A DNA stretch of 64,000 bases, taken from the NCBI RefSeq assembly GCF_016433145.1, contig NC_058130.1, positions 777,971,002 through 778,035,001 on the forward strand. Reading direction: 5' to 3'. Shown in pieces: positions 21,942 through 34,864 of this stretch. The stretch comes from Gracilinanus agilis. Taxonomy: Eukaryota. A program made the translations under genes and the position numbers. The notes under the pieces are model-generated. The model worked only from the letters and a program-made list of their open reading frames with translations, searched no databases and was not told the DNA's origin. Within the stretch, counting starts at the first letter, position 1, and each line of letters begins with the position of its first letter.

Positions 21942-22866
21942 TGCACATATTATCCTTATGTTAAAGATGAGGAAACTGAGGTTCTGAAATAATATGGATC
22001 CAAGACATGAAGAAAACCCTTTAAGCAAGAGGACAGGCTGCTCCTAGATCCCACCTCCACACCCAGCATTTTCTCCCCACCTCACTGTTTCTGTACAAGC
22101 AGTCCCTCATTTCTGGAAGACCTTATTCCTCTCCACTTAATGACTTCCTCCAATAGGTTTCTCAGTTGTTCTGTCCTTTGCAAGGCCTTCCCTTATCTTC
22201 ATGATTCGTATTCTCTTCTTTTTGATGTTTTTTTGCATTTACTTTCTCATGGACATAGTGTATCTTCTAGGACTAGTTCATTGCTTGGCCTATAGTAGGT
22301 ATTTGAGAAATATTTGTTGCATTAAGGTAAATTCTGCATGCTTCCCAAAATTTGTAGAAGTTTTACAAAAAATCCATTTGGGTAAGCATGTGAATGTAGT
22401 CTTTCCAATAAATAAATCCGTTTTTGCCAGCTTGTCTTGTTCAGAGACCTTTCAGTCTGTGCCTCACAAGGTCAGCATTGATGTAAAAAACTTTAGTGTG
22501 GCACTCTAATCTGGGTTCTAGGGAGAGGTCTACCACTTGAGTGCTGGGTGACATGGGGAATGACTCTGGTCCCTTTAGGACCCCCTTTTCAAAATTACCA
22601 AACTAGACTATGTAACCTCCATAGTCCCTTTCATCTCAGAAATTCTTTGCCCCATATTCCTACCCTTGGATCTTGGAGAATGACTGTATGAGGTCCCTTT
22701 CCCTGCTGAACATGAACAGCCTTACCAACAGCTGGAGCTCTAGACTTTGTCTTGTTACCTTGTGGCCCATCAGCAACTTCAGGGATGCCATACAGGTGGT
22801 TGCAGGTGGCTACCCACAGGTGCAGCAGCTGTGATATTAGCATCATTCTTTTCATTCCTTCTAAAG

Positions 22867-23057
22867 CAGGAGTCGGCAACGTATGGCTCTCGAGCCATAT
22901 CTGGCTCCACCTCCCGACCAGCCAGTCCGGGCAGAGCCCCAGGATGTGCCCCAGGGGGCCCTTCAGACCCCACCCCATATTCCAGCGCCTTCTGCCTCCA
23001 TCCTCCTCCTTCTGCAGGCGTTTATGGCTCTCACAGCCAAAAAGGTTGCCAACCGTT
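22867..23057. mobile_element. Non-autonomous hAT (Charlie-type, OposCharlie-like) MITE
   Basis: Imperfect TIRs CAGGAGTCGGCAAC and GTTGCCAACCGTT; perfect 8-bp TSD TTCTAAAG at 22859-22866 and 23058-23065; subterminal TATGGCTCTC at 22882 and 23023. Confidence 0.9.
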
Positions 23058-23470
23058 TTCTAAAGGAAAATTGTAATGCTCAGCCTCATTCAACTCTGGG
23101 AATTGGACTTTTTTATTCAGTGAAAGACAAAAGTGGTCTGGGGTGGGGACTACACATCACCTGGGCTTTCCCCTTAAAATTCACCGTTTCTATGAACAAG
23201 AGCTTCTGGTTCCTCTCTCTTTCCCTCACTTCCCTCTTTCTATCCCTCCCTCCCACATGCTATAGAAATGTTCCCAGCATGGTTTTCATTTCTATATTGA
23301 AACATGAGTCTTTAAAGGATACTCTGTAGTCAGTGTCTATTGCCCAGGCTTTAACCTGCTTTGTCATCATCTCCTGTCAAATATTTGTATGTATGTGTGT
23401 GTGTATATGAGTATGAGTATACATAGACATATATAATATATGTATATATGTGTACTTTTCCCTCCCTTAG

Positions 23471-23546
23471 AGAAATACTAGTCCTTTGGAGAACTTCTGA
23501 GAAAATCCTACCTAGAACAGCCCTGGATATTTCCTTCTGCTCCATG
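23471..23546 (+). other. Candidate 76-nt cassette exon ending in ATG
   Basis: Acceptor acttttccctcccttag| (AG at 23469-23470) and donor ATG|GTGAGA (GT at 23547). Confidence 0.6.
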
Positions 23547-24260
23547 GTGAGAAAATCCCTCTGTACGGCACTGATGGAGTTAAGGCTTGACTTAGGCATT
23601 GAAGTGTGCACGAGTGCATGCTGGTAATCAGACCGCCGGATGGATGCTGCGAGTTGCGTAGAGCACTGTGCCTGTCTCTGCATGTGGCAAGGATTAGAAA
23701 TGTGCAATGTGGAAATGTCAGTGTGCCGATGCAGCAGCCTCCCAGAGCCGACTGTTGACTAGGACCTAAGACCAAAGAGTAATGTAGAGCTAAATCCCAG
23801 CAGCAAGCCATCCGGCTGTGGGGATGAAGGGGAGGGGCTGCTGGGAGACAGGATCCGTTCGCTCCTTCTGCAACTCCAGCTGCCTGAATACATTTAAGAA
23901 GGGTTAGTGGCCTTGCCTAGTTTTCTTAGAGGCCTGTGCTCATCTCTGAGCTCATGTTATCTTGCTGCCTTTTTGTCCTTGCATGATCACTTGGGCCTCT
24001 AGCAGCCGACAGCAACGTGAGGATAGGCTGGGTTTCCAGATTGCTGATGTACTGTGACCATCCCAGCATGTGCTTTAAAAAGCCATCTTGAAATATAATG
24101 ACAGTGTATTTTCGAGAGTGGGCTGCAGCTAGAAGGGTGTTTGCATTTCATCTCACTCAAAGAAAGAAATCAAAATGGGTAGGAAAAGATGAGGGGGAAA
24201 ATTTCCTACTAACCCATTCTTAATCTCTGCATGCTAGCACAGCATATTCCCAGAACTGCA
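23547..24260 (+). promoter_or_regulatory. Intronic splicing-regulatory block (Rbfox motif cluster, QKI/branch motif)
   Basis: TGCATG at 23615, 23679, 23980 and 24228; TGCACG at 23607; GCATG at 24066; TACTAAC at 24207. The block is repeat-free and retains CpGs. Confidence 0.65.
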
Positions 24261-24414
24261 AACTGATGGTTTCTTACTGACAAGGGACAGCATCTTCTGT
24301 GATTCTTGCTGGCTTTTGTAGAGCGTCAAGTCAGGTCAGGAGCATCACCGGAAATAACCCCTGGGTTTTTGTGTCAGTGTCAAATCTTGGGTTGGAATGC
24401 AGGAGATTTTAATC

Positions 24415-24464
24415 GTGTGTGTGTGTCTGTGTCTGTGTCTGTGTGTCTGTGTGTCTGTGTGTGT
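24415..24464. repeat. Compound (GT)/(GTCT) microsatellite
   Basis: Read directly from the sequence. Confidence 0.9.
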
Positions 24465-24569
24465 AATATGCTTTTAATGTTGAGAGAAAATAGCTACTTT
24501 TTGTGAAAGTCTTGTACATTCTCTGTTTTGTACCATGTTTTTGTTAATGATGATGTAAAAGAAAAAAAT

Positions 24570-25330
24570 ACACACCTAGGAATTGAGAGACTAGGATTTG
24601 AGCCCAGGCAGGCCACCAACTCTCCATGGAATTGTGGTGAAGTGACTCCAAATCTGTTTCCTTACAGAGAAAACAGGGCCCTGGGATGGGGGAGTAGGGA
24701 ATAAGGGGATCAGAGCATCCAATAAAGTTAGAGCTGGAAGGAACCTTCAAGATTGTTGAAGCATTTCCCTCATCCCATATATGAAGAACCAGAGACCCAG
24801 GGAAGAATCCACATCCAGCAATGGAGAATTCATTATGGTTCTGGAGGCAGAGGCCCTAGCTTCAATGCCCAATTCACTCTACCCTAACTCGCTGTGGGAC
24901 CTTAGGCAAGTTCTTTTGGTTTACTACTCTGTAAAGTGAGAGATCAAATGTGATAGACTTTTAAGCCCCCTTTCAGCTCTTCACTTTGTGATCCCCTAAG
25001 GTTAAATGACTAACTCAAGATCACATAGGAAGAAAGCATTGAACCCAGAGCTCCTTCTCTTCCCATTAAAGACTTCTAAGAGAGGCTATGGATAGAGAGC
25101 TATACTTGGAATTAGGAAGACTCAAGTTCAAACTCCACCTCAGACACTTTCCTTAGCTCTGTGACCCTTAATCAAAATAATTCAATATTGGTAGCCCTCA
25201 GTTTTCTCATCTGCAAAATGGGGATCATAATAGCACCCACCTCCCAGGAATTTTGTGAGGATCAAATGAACTAACATATGGAGAGTGTTTTGTGAACCTT
25301 AAAGCATCATACAAATGCCAGGTGTCGTCA
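24570..25330. mobile_element. Cluster of MIR/MIR3 relics in both orientations
   Basis: Several CORE motifs, for example cagttttctcatctgcaaaatggggatcataatagcacc near 25200. Confidence 0.75.
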
Positions 25331-25489
25331 TCGTCATTATGACAATGCTGCTAGGAGCTCTGGCATTCTTCAGTCCAAGTCTTTTCCCAGTTTTAATATT
25401 CCAGATCTCTTTCTGCTCTGTGATTTAGCTCTTATAAGCACTGATTTTTCTCAAATCAAAATTGTTCCTGTCTTTGGTGATGAGTTGTT

Positions 25490-25664
25490 ATTTTTAACCC
25501 TTACCTTCCATCTTAGAATTTGTACTAAGTATCAAGTCTAGGCAGTTGGGGTTAAGTGATTTGCCCTGGGTCACACAACTAAGAAGTATCTGAGACCAGA
25601 TTTGGAATAAAGACCTCCCAACTCTAGGCCTAGCTCCTTATCCAATGAGCCACCTAGCCGCTGC
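25490..25664 (-). mobile_element. CORE-SINE (SINE1_Mdo-like, older)
   Basis: aacccttaccttccatcttag...gtcacacaactaagaagtatctgagaccagatttg. Confidence 0.85.
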
Positions 25665-27743
25665 AGTGACACATTTTAACAAAATTTGGGGGAGTTCATA
25701 ATATGAAGATTTCATCTCATAATCCTATGCTATGCTGAGCCATTCAATCTCACTTAACATGCCCCAGTAGAATTGAAAGGCCTGTTCTTTACAAATGAGG
25801 CTCCTCCTAGCTAGGCCTCTTCTTTGATTTTGTCCTAGATTCTCATGGGCAGTCTCCTTCCTCTGTGCCTCAGGAGTCCAGCATTGAATCTGTGATCTCA
25901 TTAATGTGATTTCTCCCTCCTGATGTGAAGATTGCAACTCATCCATGGCCTTCTTCTGTGTGATTCTTGTCTCTGTTTCATTTGAAGTCCTTCCTAAAGG
26001 AAATTTGTGTTTCTTGCATTTCCTGGGTCGCATCACTACACTTGAGGTGCCCAGGTATTAATTACAGCTCTGTTTGCACATGTTTGACCCATCCTTTTGA
26101 TCACACACTTCCTTCAGTGATTCCCCTTATCTCACTTTTTGCTTTTAGACTATCCCCAACAATAAAATGCAGCCTCCTTGGGCTTATTATGTTTCTCCTT
26201 TGATTTTTATATCACCCTTAAACTTGGTTCTTCAGAGACTGTGACCTGTCAAGATTTGTAGTGATATGGTATCACTAAGCAAAAATTGGTTGTAAAAAAG
26301 AGCAGATTCACATGCTGTTGATCACATGATGAAAAGCACTGAACAGCTTCCCAAATCCAATTCAGTTCTCAGTCTTCCTCCAACTTAATTCTTGGTCCAT
26401 CTTACTGTCTCTATGTAGTGCCTACACCACACTCGTATACTTACTCCACAGACTAGCCACCTAGTTGCATGTCATGGACATGTATGGATAGTCACTATCT
26501 TTCATCCATGACATTTTTCTTATAGAGAGTGCTAGGTTTGAAAGAATCGTGCATCTCATTGAAGAAGTCTGGTAATGTTCTGTGCCTGGATGCAATTGAC
26601 TGCCCACATGCCTAGCACTTAATGGTTTGTTGACAGTCTGACTGGCACAGTATCTCCTGCAAATGGACACATTTGGAGAATCTATTGGTAATTCCCTTCT
26701 ATGTTGTATCCCCCAGCAGAAAGTTAGCTTCTTGAGGGCAGGAAGCATCTTACTTTTGTATTTGGTAGATAGCACTGTATAATGATTGGAGGGCTGGTCT
26801 CAGAAAAACCAGGGATCAAATTCTATCTCAGATACTAATTAGCTCAGGTAGATACTTTGTGGGCTTCAGATTCCGATTCCATTTTGTAAAGTGGAGATAA
26901 TTAGAACACCTACTTCCTAGGATTATTGTAAAACTCAAACCAGAGAATGGATGTAAAAGAACTCTGAGAATTTGAAGACCACAAAACATCAGTATTGATT
27001 ACTTTTCATCCTTCTCACCTTCGTAGTTGCTAGAGTTCAAGTAGAAATGGCCCTAGGACAAGTTGGTGTCTTGCCCTATTGCTCTTCTATTCAAACTCTT
27101 GCACAGGTGTATACTATAATGGATTTTCTTGTCATTGAATCTCAGTTTCAAGTTACCTACCATCTCATTCTTTGTTGGCTCACCGAGAGTATTGAGAAAT
27201 TGTAGCTCTCAGAAAGAGCTGACATGGAAACAGGGATGGACCTCAAGCTCTCCTTACTACCTGTGGTTTTGGCTTCTTCTGCCAGGACTCTCTATATTTT
27301 CAGAGAATTTCATGCCATGCAATATGGAGGTGAAGAGTATTCATTCTGGTGATATGGATTTACAGTGTTGTTCTGAATTTTTGTAGCTCAGTTATTATGT
27401 CCAAGTAATTGTTTGCTGCTATCATTATCTCCTTCTCATCTTTTTCAATGGGTTCTTACTTGTCCTGGGACAAATGGTCATCTTGCTATAATTTTCTTAT
27501 ATTCAATGCCCTCCAGGATTGATACCCCAATTTTGTAGTTGAATAAAAGCATTAGGATGTTTGCCCTTTCTCCTCAAACTTACTGACAGCCTACTCATTA
27601 AAAGACCAGTATAAAGGGTAGCAGGAATGATGCTACTACAGCATTTGATCTCCTCTGCTAGGTCTCTACATTTGGAAAACCACCATTCTGTGCAGTTTGG
27701 GGATGAGGTTTGGGTCTAGCAATATCTATTAAGTGCTTTATCT

Positions 27744-27935
27744 GGGGGCATCAAGGTGGCTCAGTGCCAGGCCTGCCTGAAGATAGGATTCAAGTCTGGC
27801 TTGGGACATTTCCTAGCTGTTTGACCCTGGGCAAGCACTTAAACCCCAATTGCCTAGCTCTTACTGTTCTTCTCCCTTGAAACTGATACTTCGTATTTTT
27901 TCATAGCTAGAAGGTAGGAAAGGGTTTGGGTTATT
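27744..27935 (+). mobile_element. SINE1_Mdo-like SINE
   Basis: gggggcatcaaggtggctcagtg...gaccctgggcaagcacttaaaccccaattgcctagc. Confidence 0.85.
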
Positions 27936-28429
27936 TTTAAGTTTTGCCTGGGCAGTTATGTGACTCCAATTCTAGCACAATCTTGGTTAAGATCTCCAGC
28001 ATTATTTTTGAGATTTGTATTTGTGGCATGAATATTTGTGGTCTGTCAGTCGAGCTTGTGCTAGATAATTTTAGTCACTAGGTAACATTGCTAGATATTC
28101 AGCAAGTACTAAATTTTTACAATCTAAAGTTATGTGTGGTCTGATTCCTGCCATTCCCATTCATAATCTGCCCTGGTTACTCAATCCAGGTTCCTTAAGG
28201 ACAACTCTTCTGCCACTCTTGATGGTAATGACCTGGCCCTGAGTTGCCTATGACTCAGTCACTTTTTCACTGCTTATTTGTTGCTATTATTGACTGGTTT
28301 CCATTTTGTGCTACCAAAGATAGTGCCTTTTGATTTTCATTCTTGGATCTTGGCCATTTCTGGAGGTGAACCATTTTTTGTATAAAAACCTAGTGACATA
28401 TGTCTGTGCATCTACAGCTGGTCTTCTCC

Positions 28430-31340
28430 AGTCAGGGCCGTGCCTTCTCTCAAATATAGCCCACCCCACCCCCATGGTGCACCAATGGGCCTAGAAAAGG
28501 ACTGGACACATCTTGCCTCCCTTGGTCACTTCCAGACTCTCCCATTGCCTCTTTCACATAATAACTTTTCCTCTTTTGAAAACTATACAATTAGAATTTT
28601 CCACCCAGTCAGAATATTGATAACTATAGTATACTGAACCCTAGATTATTCTCCCTTTTTTCCCAAAGAGTTCATTATGTATCTCACCCACTTCTCACCA
28701 ACTCTAGCCTTTATATGAAGGGATTTGAATGTGTTCCCTCAAACTCAGTCTTTTCTCATATCCTCAGCCTCTTTAAATTTTATGACCTCCTCCTTCTGTG
28801 ATCCTCCTCAGCCACACATAGGGACAATCACACACTAGATCTTGCCTTCACCCACATACATTCTACTTGCCTAATTAGAAGCTCAGATGTTTCTTCTTAC
28901 CATAGCTTTCTATCCCACCATCCCTCCTACACCTGTTCTTATACATTTTCAAAACCTTCACTCCTTCACTTTCCTCCCTGTCCAACATTAACCCACTAGT
29001 CTGCTGTTTCAGCTCCATACTGCCCTTTGCTTTTGAGTGCCTTTCCCCCTTATCCTGGCACCACTCTCTTTACCCCAAATCTCAGTCCTAGATTGCCCCC
29101 ACATTTACCTCCACTATCTACTGACCAGGGACTGAACAGTGTTTTAGGAATACAACTGTGTTCACTGGCCACATTACAAATCCACCCAATCTCTTCTGGA
29201 TCATTGTTTTCTTCTTTAACCCTTTAATAATTCCTTTATTATTCCTTCTCTCAGCCTTTATGTAGGCTGTTTCCTCTGGAAGCCCCCACACTTCCTACCC
29301 ATCCCCTGTGTGAACTCTTCTCCTAGGCTCTCCATGTCCAAACCCCTTGATGTCATCTCCCACTGTTCCTCCTTTCCCTGAGTCTCCTCATGTGGCCTTC
29401 TCCTTGCCCAGTGCCTGCTCTTCTGCCTGTGTATTTGATGCCATTCCCTCCAGTCTTCCCTGGCAGACCACATGCACTCTTGGTTATCACCTCCCCCAAT
29501 CTTAAGCTTCTTCCTTTTGCCTTAACACACCCAAGGCTCCTTTGTCCTTGCCCTTCACCAGACTGGGCCATCTCCTCAAACTAATAGTGCACATCCTTGC
29601 CCCCTGAAAAAAATGGTCTGTATTCATTCATTCATTCCTCAACCCCTCACCTCTCTAGGGAAGCTGCTGGAAGTGTTAGTGCCTATCTTCCTAGGCCTCT
29701 CTTCTGCATTTGATCCTGTTGACCCAATTTTTCTCCAGAACATACTTCCCTTTCGGTTTCATCCTTTCTTTGCTGCTTCCCATTTTCAGAAGCAGTTCCT
29801 TGGCTTAGGGGATAGATCATAAGCCTGGGGGTAGGAAGACCTGAGTTCAAATCTAGCCTCAGAAATCACCTATTTGTGTAACCCTGGGCAAATCACTTTA
29901 CCTTTGCCTCAATTTCCTTGATTGTAAAATGAAGAAAATGACAGCATCTACCTCCCAGGGGTAGCGAGAAAATCATATGAGCTAACATTTAAGTGCTTAT
30001 AAGACACACAGCATGTGCTTAATAAATGCTGGTTTCCTTCTTTCTCCTTTTTTGGCTCATCATCCTCCCCTGCCCCCAACTTGAGATATTTCTCCAAGGC
30101 TCTGTCCTGCCTGGGCCTTCTTCTCTTTTCTACATTCTCTCAGTAACCTCATCAGCTCCCATGAGTTTAACTGTCATTTCTGTGCAGATGACTCAGCAGA
30201 TCTAGGTAGTCAGCCCCAGTGTCTTCCCTGAGTTAGTCCTGTATCACCAGTTTCCTATCAGATATTGTAATATTTAGATGCTCCAAAGACATCTCAAACT
30301 CAACACATCTAAAATTAAGCTCATTATCTTCCCTACCCTCTTCTAAACTTCCCGACTTCTGTGAAAGGCATTAACTTCCATCCTTCCTTTGTCTCACCAC
30401 TAGCCTAGATTTCTCAACACCCCCTCAAACCATTGCCAAATCTTGCCATTTCTACCCCTAACCTCTGTCCTCACTTTGCTACCGCTTTAATTCAGGCCTT
30501 AATTACCTCTTGAATGGATTATTTCAACAGCCTTATCATTGGTCTGCCTGGTTCCAGTCTCTCACTACTGAACTCCATTCTACATGCTCCTGCCAAACTG
30601 TTTTCCTCAGGTGAAGATATGCCTATGCCACTTCCCTACTCAAATCAATTCCAGTGACTTCTAGTTCTAGGAAGAAATTTCTATGTTTAGCTTTTAAATC
30701 CTGTACCACCTGACTACAATCTCCCATTCCAACCACAATTGGCCTTCCTTTCCCTCTCCCTCTTTGCAGTATAGTTTTTCTCTCTGTTTCTGACTTATAA
30801 AACTCCATTTTCCATCTCTGTACTTTTGTACCGTATCTCACATTCCTGGAATGCATCCTCTACTAACTACTTGCACAAAATCTCTTCCTTTAAGGCTGAG
30901 CTCACATACTTTGTTCAGCAAGAAGTCTTTCTTAATCCCCCCAAATGCTAGAGCCCTTCCTCCTATAGTACTTTGTACTTAGCTACTTTGTCTATCAAAA
31001 TATATTTTATATTTATATACCATACCATTATACATAAAATACATCTATAAATTGTCATTTGTATTTTTAATTCCTTCATAAAATATAAACATATTTAAGT
31101 AAATATGCATTTAGGTTATTAAAGCTAAAAATGCGCTAAGATGTCTTGAGATACCCTATATGATGTGTATTAAATATGTATTGGCTTTATACTGTATATG
31201 TATATTTTATATGTACTTGTTGTTCCCCTTTCCCTTCGTTAGGATGTAAATTTGTTACAAGTAGGGATTATTTCATTCCGTCCCCAGAACCTAGCATTGT
31301 GCCTGGTACATATAGTAGGCATTTAATTAGATTGATTGCT
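28430..31340 (+). mobile_element. Long L2 relic (endonuclease region to 3' tail), with a MIR inserted at about 29790-30040
   Basis: cacactagatcttgcc (HTLDL endonuclease motif), catctcaaactcaaca, and a 3' tail ccccagaacctagcattgtgcctggtaca. Confidence 0.85.
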
Positions 31341-31482
31341 CAGTAATGTCTGTTTATCCCAAAAGTAATTCTGTAAGGGTTTTTAAAATCTGTTTATCAT
31401 GTCTAACATAAGAATGTTTATTATACATGTTTTTTGAGACTACCTTCCAAATCTGTTGTTACAATAAGATTGTTATGTTAAA

Positions 31483-31635
31483 CAGCTGGGTGGCTAGAGA
31501 GTTAGGCCCAAAGACAAGAGGTCTTCGTTTCAAATATGACCTTAAGTGCTTCTTAGCTGTGTGACTCTAGGCAAGTCACTTAACCTTTATTTTCATAGTC
31601 TTACCACTCTTCTGCCTTGGCAATGATACTTGGTA
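31483..31635 (+). mobile_element. CORE-SINE
   Basis: cagctgggtggc...gtgactctaggcaagtcacttaacc...cttaccactcttctgccttgg. Confidence 0.8.
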
Positions 31636-32259
31636 AGTATACCGAGATATCTTTGGAGGGACTACTCCATCTTTCTTTGTGGAGACTCTCATCTTTTTGG
31701 TAGTATATGTATAATACTCTCTGAGCAAAATCAGGCTTTTATCTGATTAGAAAATTGTAAAATGCTTGCTTTTCTAATTTATGTGTCCCGATGAGGTATT
31801 TACACCAGTAATTACGGATCTTATCTTACTCTCTTGCTTTCCATTTTTATGATGAAGCTAGAGTTTATGATTCCTTTGGAACTGTTATATTTTTGTTGTT
31901 GTTCTATTAAAAGTACCTATGTTTTATGTTTCACATTTGATCAAATGTGAATTTCCATTTTGTTATACTTATTGTGATAAAATAGTATGATCTCCAAAAT
32001 GGGAGCCTTAACTCCCTGGGGAACAACCAGTCAGTCAGAAGGTGGGAAGATGGAGTGCCTCCCCACCTTCCTGTGATAGATACTTCTGAGGCTTGCCCTA
32101 ACTTACCTGTCATTCATTATTGCTCAAGATCTCTCCATTCTGCCCTTCCTGGCTACTGTTCAAGTTCCCCACCTCCCTTCACCTGTGATATAGGTCCTTG
32201 AGGGAAATGATAACTCATCTTGAAGTAGGCACCCACAGCAGTTTGGGAAATTTTAGTTT

Positions 32260-33660
32260 ATCAGTCAATAAACATTTATTAAGCACCTAATATATGTGGC
32301 AAGTGCTGAGACTACAAAGAAAGGCAAAAGACACTTCCTTCTATCAAGGAGCTCACAATCTAATGGGAGAGACAGCAAGCAAACAAATATGTACAAATCA
32401 GCTCTATAGAGTCTAAATAGAAAATAAGCTGTACATGGAAGCCACTAGAATTAAGAGGAGTGGGGAAAGGCAAAACATGGAATTTGAGCCAAGGCTTGAA
32501 GGAAGTCAGAGAAGCCAAGAGGCAAAGATGAGGAAGGAAGTCATTTTGGGCAGGGGGATTGTTAGAGCGAATGTCAAGAGGTAAGGCAGTACAAAAGTGA
32601 ACTGGTTTACAAGTGGTCAAGATAGAAAAGAGAAAGTGGTGGGGATGATTTGGGAAAGAACTGAGAGCTGAAGGGATTAGAGCTCACAGTTGAAAGGACA
32701 AAAAACAGAGGTGGAACAAAAGCAGATTGTGGTCAAGTAAGGGCATCTCAGAGTTGTTGAACTTGGCAGTAGAGCATTTCTGGGAAATAATCATTCCTTT
32801 AGTTGATTGAGGCAGGATGGTGGGAGGAGTAAGTCATGAGAAGTGAGTAAATAGAGCAACTAGGAGTGTAAGGTTTTGGGGGGAGTATCAATATATATGT
32901 TGAAGATCACTGGTATGAGGATAGCAAATACCAACCAGCATAAAAGTCCCCACCCTAAGATAGCATGTACAGAATTCTAAGGCAAAGTAACAAGAAAGTA
33001 AATGGTGGGGAGAGGAAAGGCAGGTAGAGATCTGTGAAACAGGAATGTATTCCAGGTCCAGATATGGAAAGTGAAATGCCAGGTGTGAAGAATAAGAAGA
33101 CATTTTAGCTAGACTGGACAATCCAGGAAGAGGAGATATGTATAGTAATGTTGGAAAGGGAGGCTATGAAAGGCTTTAAAAGCTCAATAAAGAGGCTTCT
33201 GTTTGATCCTTAAGGCACTGAGCAGCCATTGGAGTTTGAGTAGAGGAATAATATGGTCAGCCCTGAGCTTTAGGGGAATCATTTGTACAGTTTGGTGGAG
33301 GCAGCATCAAAGAGAGGAAAGCCTAGAGGAGGTGAGAAGGCCAAGGGAGAGATGATCTGTGTTTGAACTCAGATGGTGGTCTTGTTCAAGGAGAGCGAGG
33401 AGATAGATGTGAAAGAAGGAATGGAAGTAAAATCAACAAGAGAGGACTAACAAATGTGGGTAACTCCCTAAGGGGTGGGGGTGGGGTTGATTCAATGATG
33501 AACATGTTAAGATGCTTGTAGGCCTTCCAGTTTGAAATATCTAGTAGATAGTTGAAAATGCAGCTTGGAGCTCAGGAGAAAGATTAGACCTGAATCTCTT
33601 CACTAGGGAGTCATCTGGGGTGATAGTTAAACCCATGGAAATTGATGTGATTAAGTGAAA
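32260..33660 (-). mobile_element. L2 relic
   Basis: Starts with the reverse 3' tail aaacatttattaagcacc...ctatcaaggagctcacaatctaatggg and continues as purine-rich reverse ORF2. Confidence 0.85.
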
Positions 33661-34864
33661 AGAGAAGAGAACCTAAGACGGAACACCACCTGCTCTACCA
33701 CCCTGTCCCACTGTTGGTTTCTTCTGAATCATCACCCAGACTGGGATGTTAACCCAGTTGGTGAGGTTTGTCAGACCTCGATTCATCTCAAAATAGTGAA
33801 AGGGGGTTAACTTTTTAGATGACTAAATTCCTCTCTGGGGTCACAAGATCAACATATTTTCCCTTTAAAAACTCTTTCCTTTGTCTAACTTAAATATTCT
33901 GCTCAAATACAGTGGTATAGCATGATTAAAAGAGCCCTGGACTGGGGACTCGGGAGCCTGGGTTCTATCATTAACTCAGCCTTTAATGAGCTTTTTTGTC
34001 AAGTCAGAGATTCTTCTGGTCCTCAGTTCTCTTACCTGTAAGAAAGTTCATTATTTTCATTGGATGCCCAGAGCTTTTATTCTGATTTTCTAATTTGAGA
34101 TAAATAGAAAAATCTAAGATTAGGATTTTGGAATCCATCTTAGTCCCAGGTACAGTAGAAGAAATAGATGCCCACTGGATGCCATCAAGGTATCATAGAA
34201 TATGAGAAAGCCAGCAGGATTTACTTTGGAGCCACCTGGTCTTCAATGAAGCAACCTATGGTTCTTATAACAGCCATTTTCCTCCACCTACCTGGAGTAA
34301 ACATTTTTAGTACATCACCTTCAATTGCATTTTCTTCTCATAGTGATCATACAATAATAGCATCTTTCAAGCATACAATGGTACCTTTCTGCATGCACAG
34401 TGGCATGCCACTGGCCTCTAGACCTGTAGCAGGGCATTTCACTGTGTGTCTAATCTTAGATGCCCTACAAAGGCCTGTCTCTGATATTTTCTGACTTGTT
34501 TTTTTTAATTACCACTGCAAGTGCCTAAGTAATCGTCACCCTCAGCCCAGGTGCAAATCTCAGACTGTAAGGGCAGAGACAGTGTATTGTTATCCTCATC
34601 CCTGTATTTCTTCAAACAGAAGCTGAATGACCTCATCCAAGAAGAGATTGAACTCTCTTCTCTGATTGTCCTAAAGGTCTCATCCAGCTTTAAGTCTGTG
34701 ACTTTTCTTCCCTAGTGTCTTCCCTAGAACCTGCCATAAGAAATGCTTTGTGAATGAATTGAATGGATATCTAGTGGATGGAATTACATTTCCCAATGCC
34801 CAAATTATCTTTGATATTTGCAACTGCTAGAATTTGTGGTTCCTTTCTGCTTTGTACAAATTTC

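Noticed and set aside
22631-23329. Several overlapping 100-150 aa ORFs
   Set aside because: They span the hAT MITE and its GC-rich interior, so they are artefacts of base composition.
23351-23811. Cys-rich ORFs on both strands in the conserved-looking block
   Set aside because: No recognisable domain and no splice-consistent frame; the block is better explained as intronic splicing-regulatory sequence.
4430-24260. Assigning a gene symbol to the host gene
   Set aside because: No coding exon is present and I do not recognise the leader sequences; naming it requires a synteny or BLAST search.
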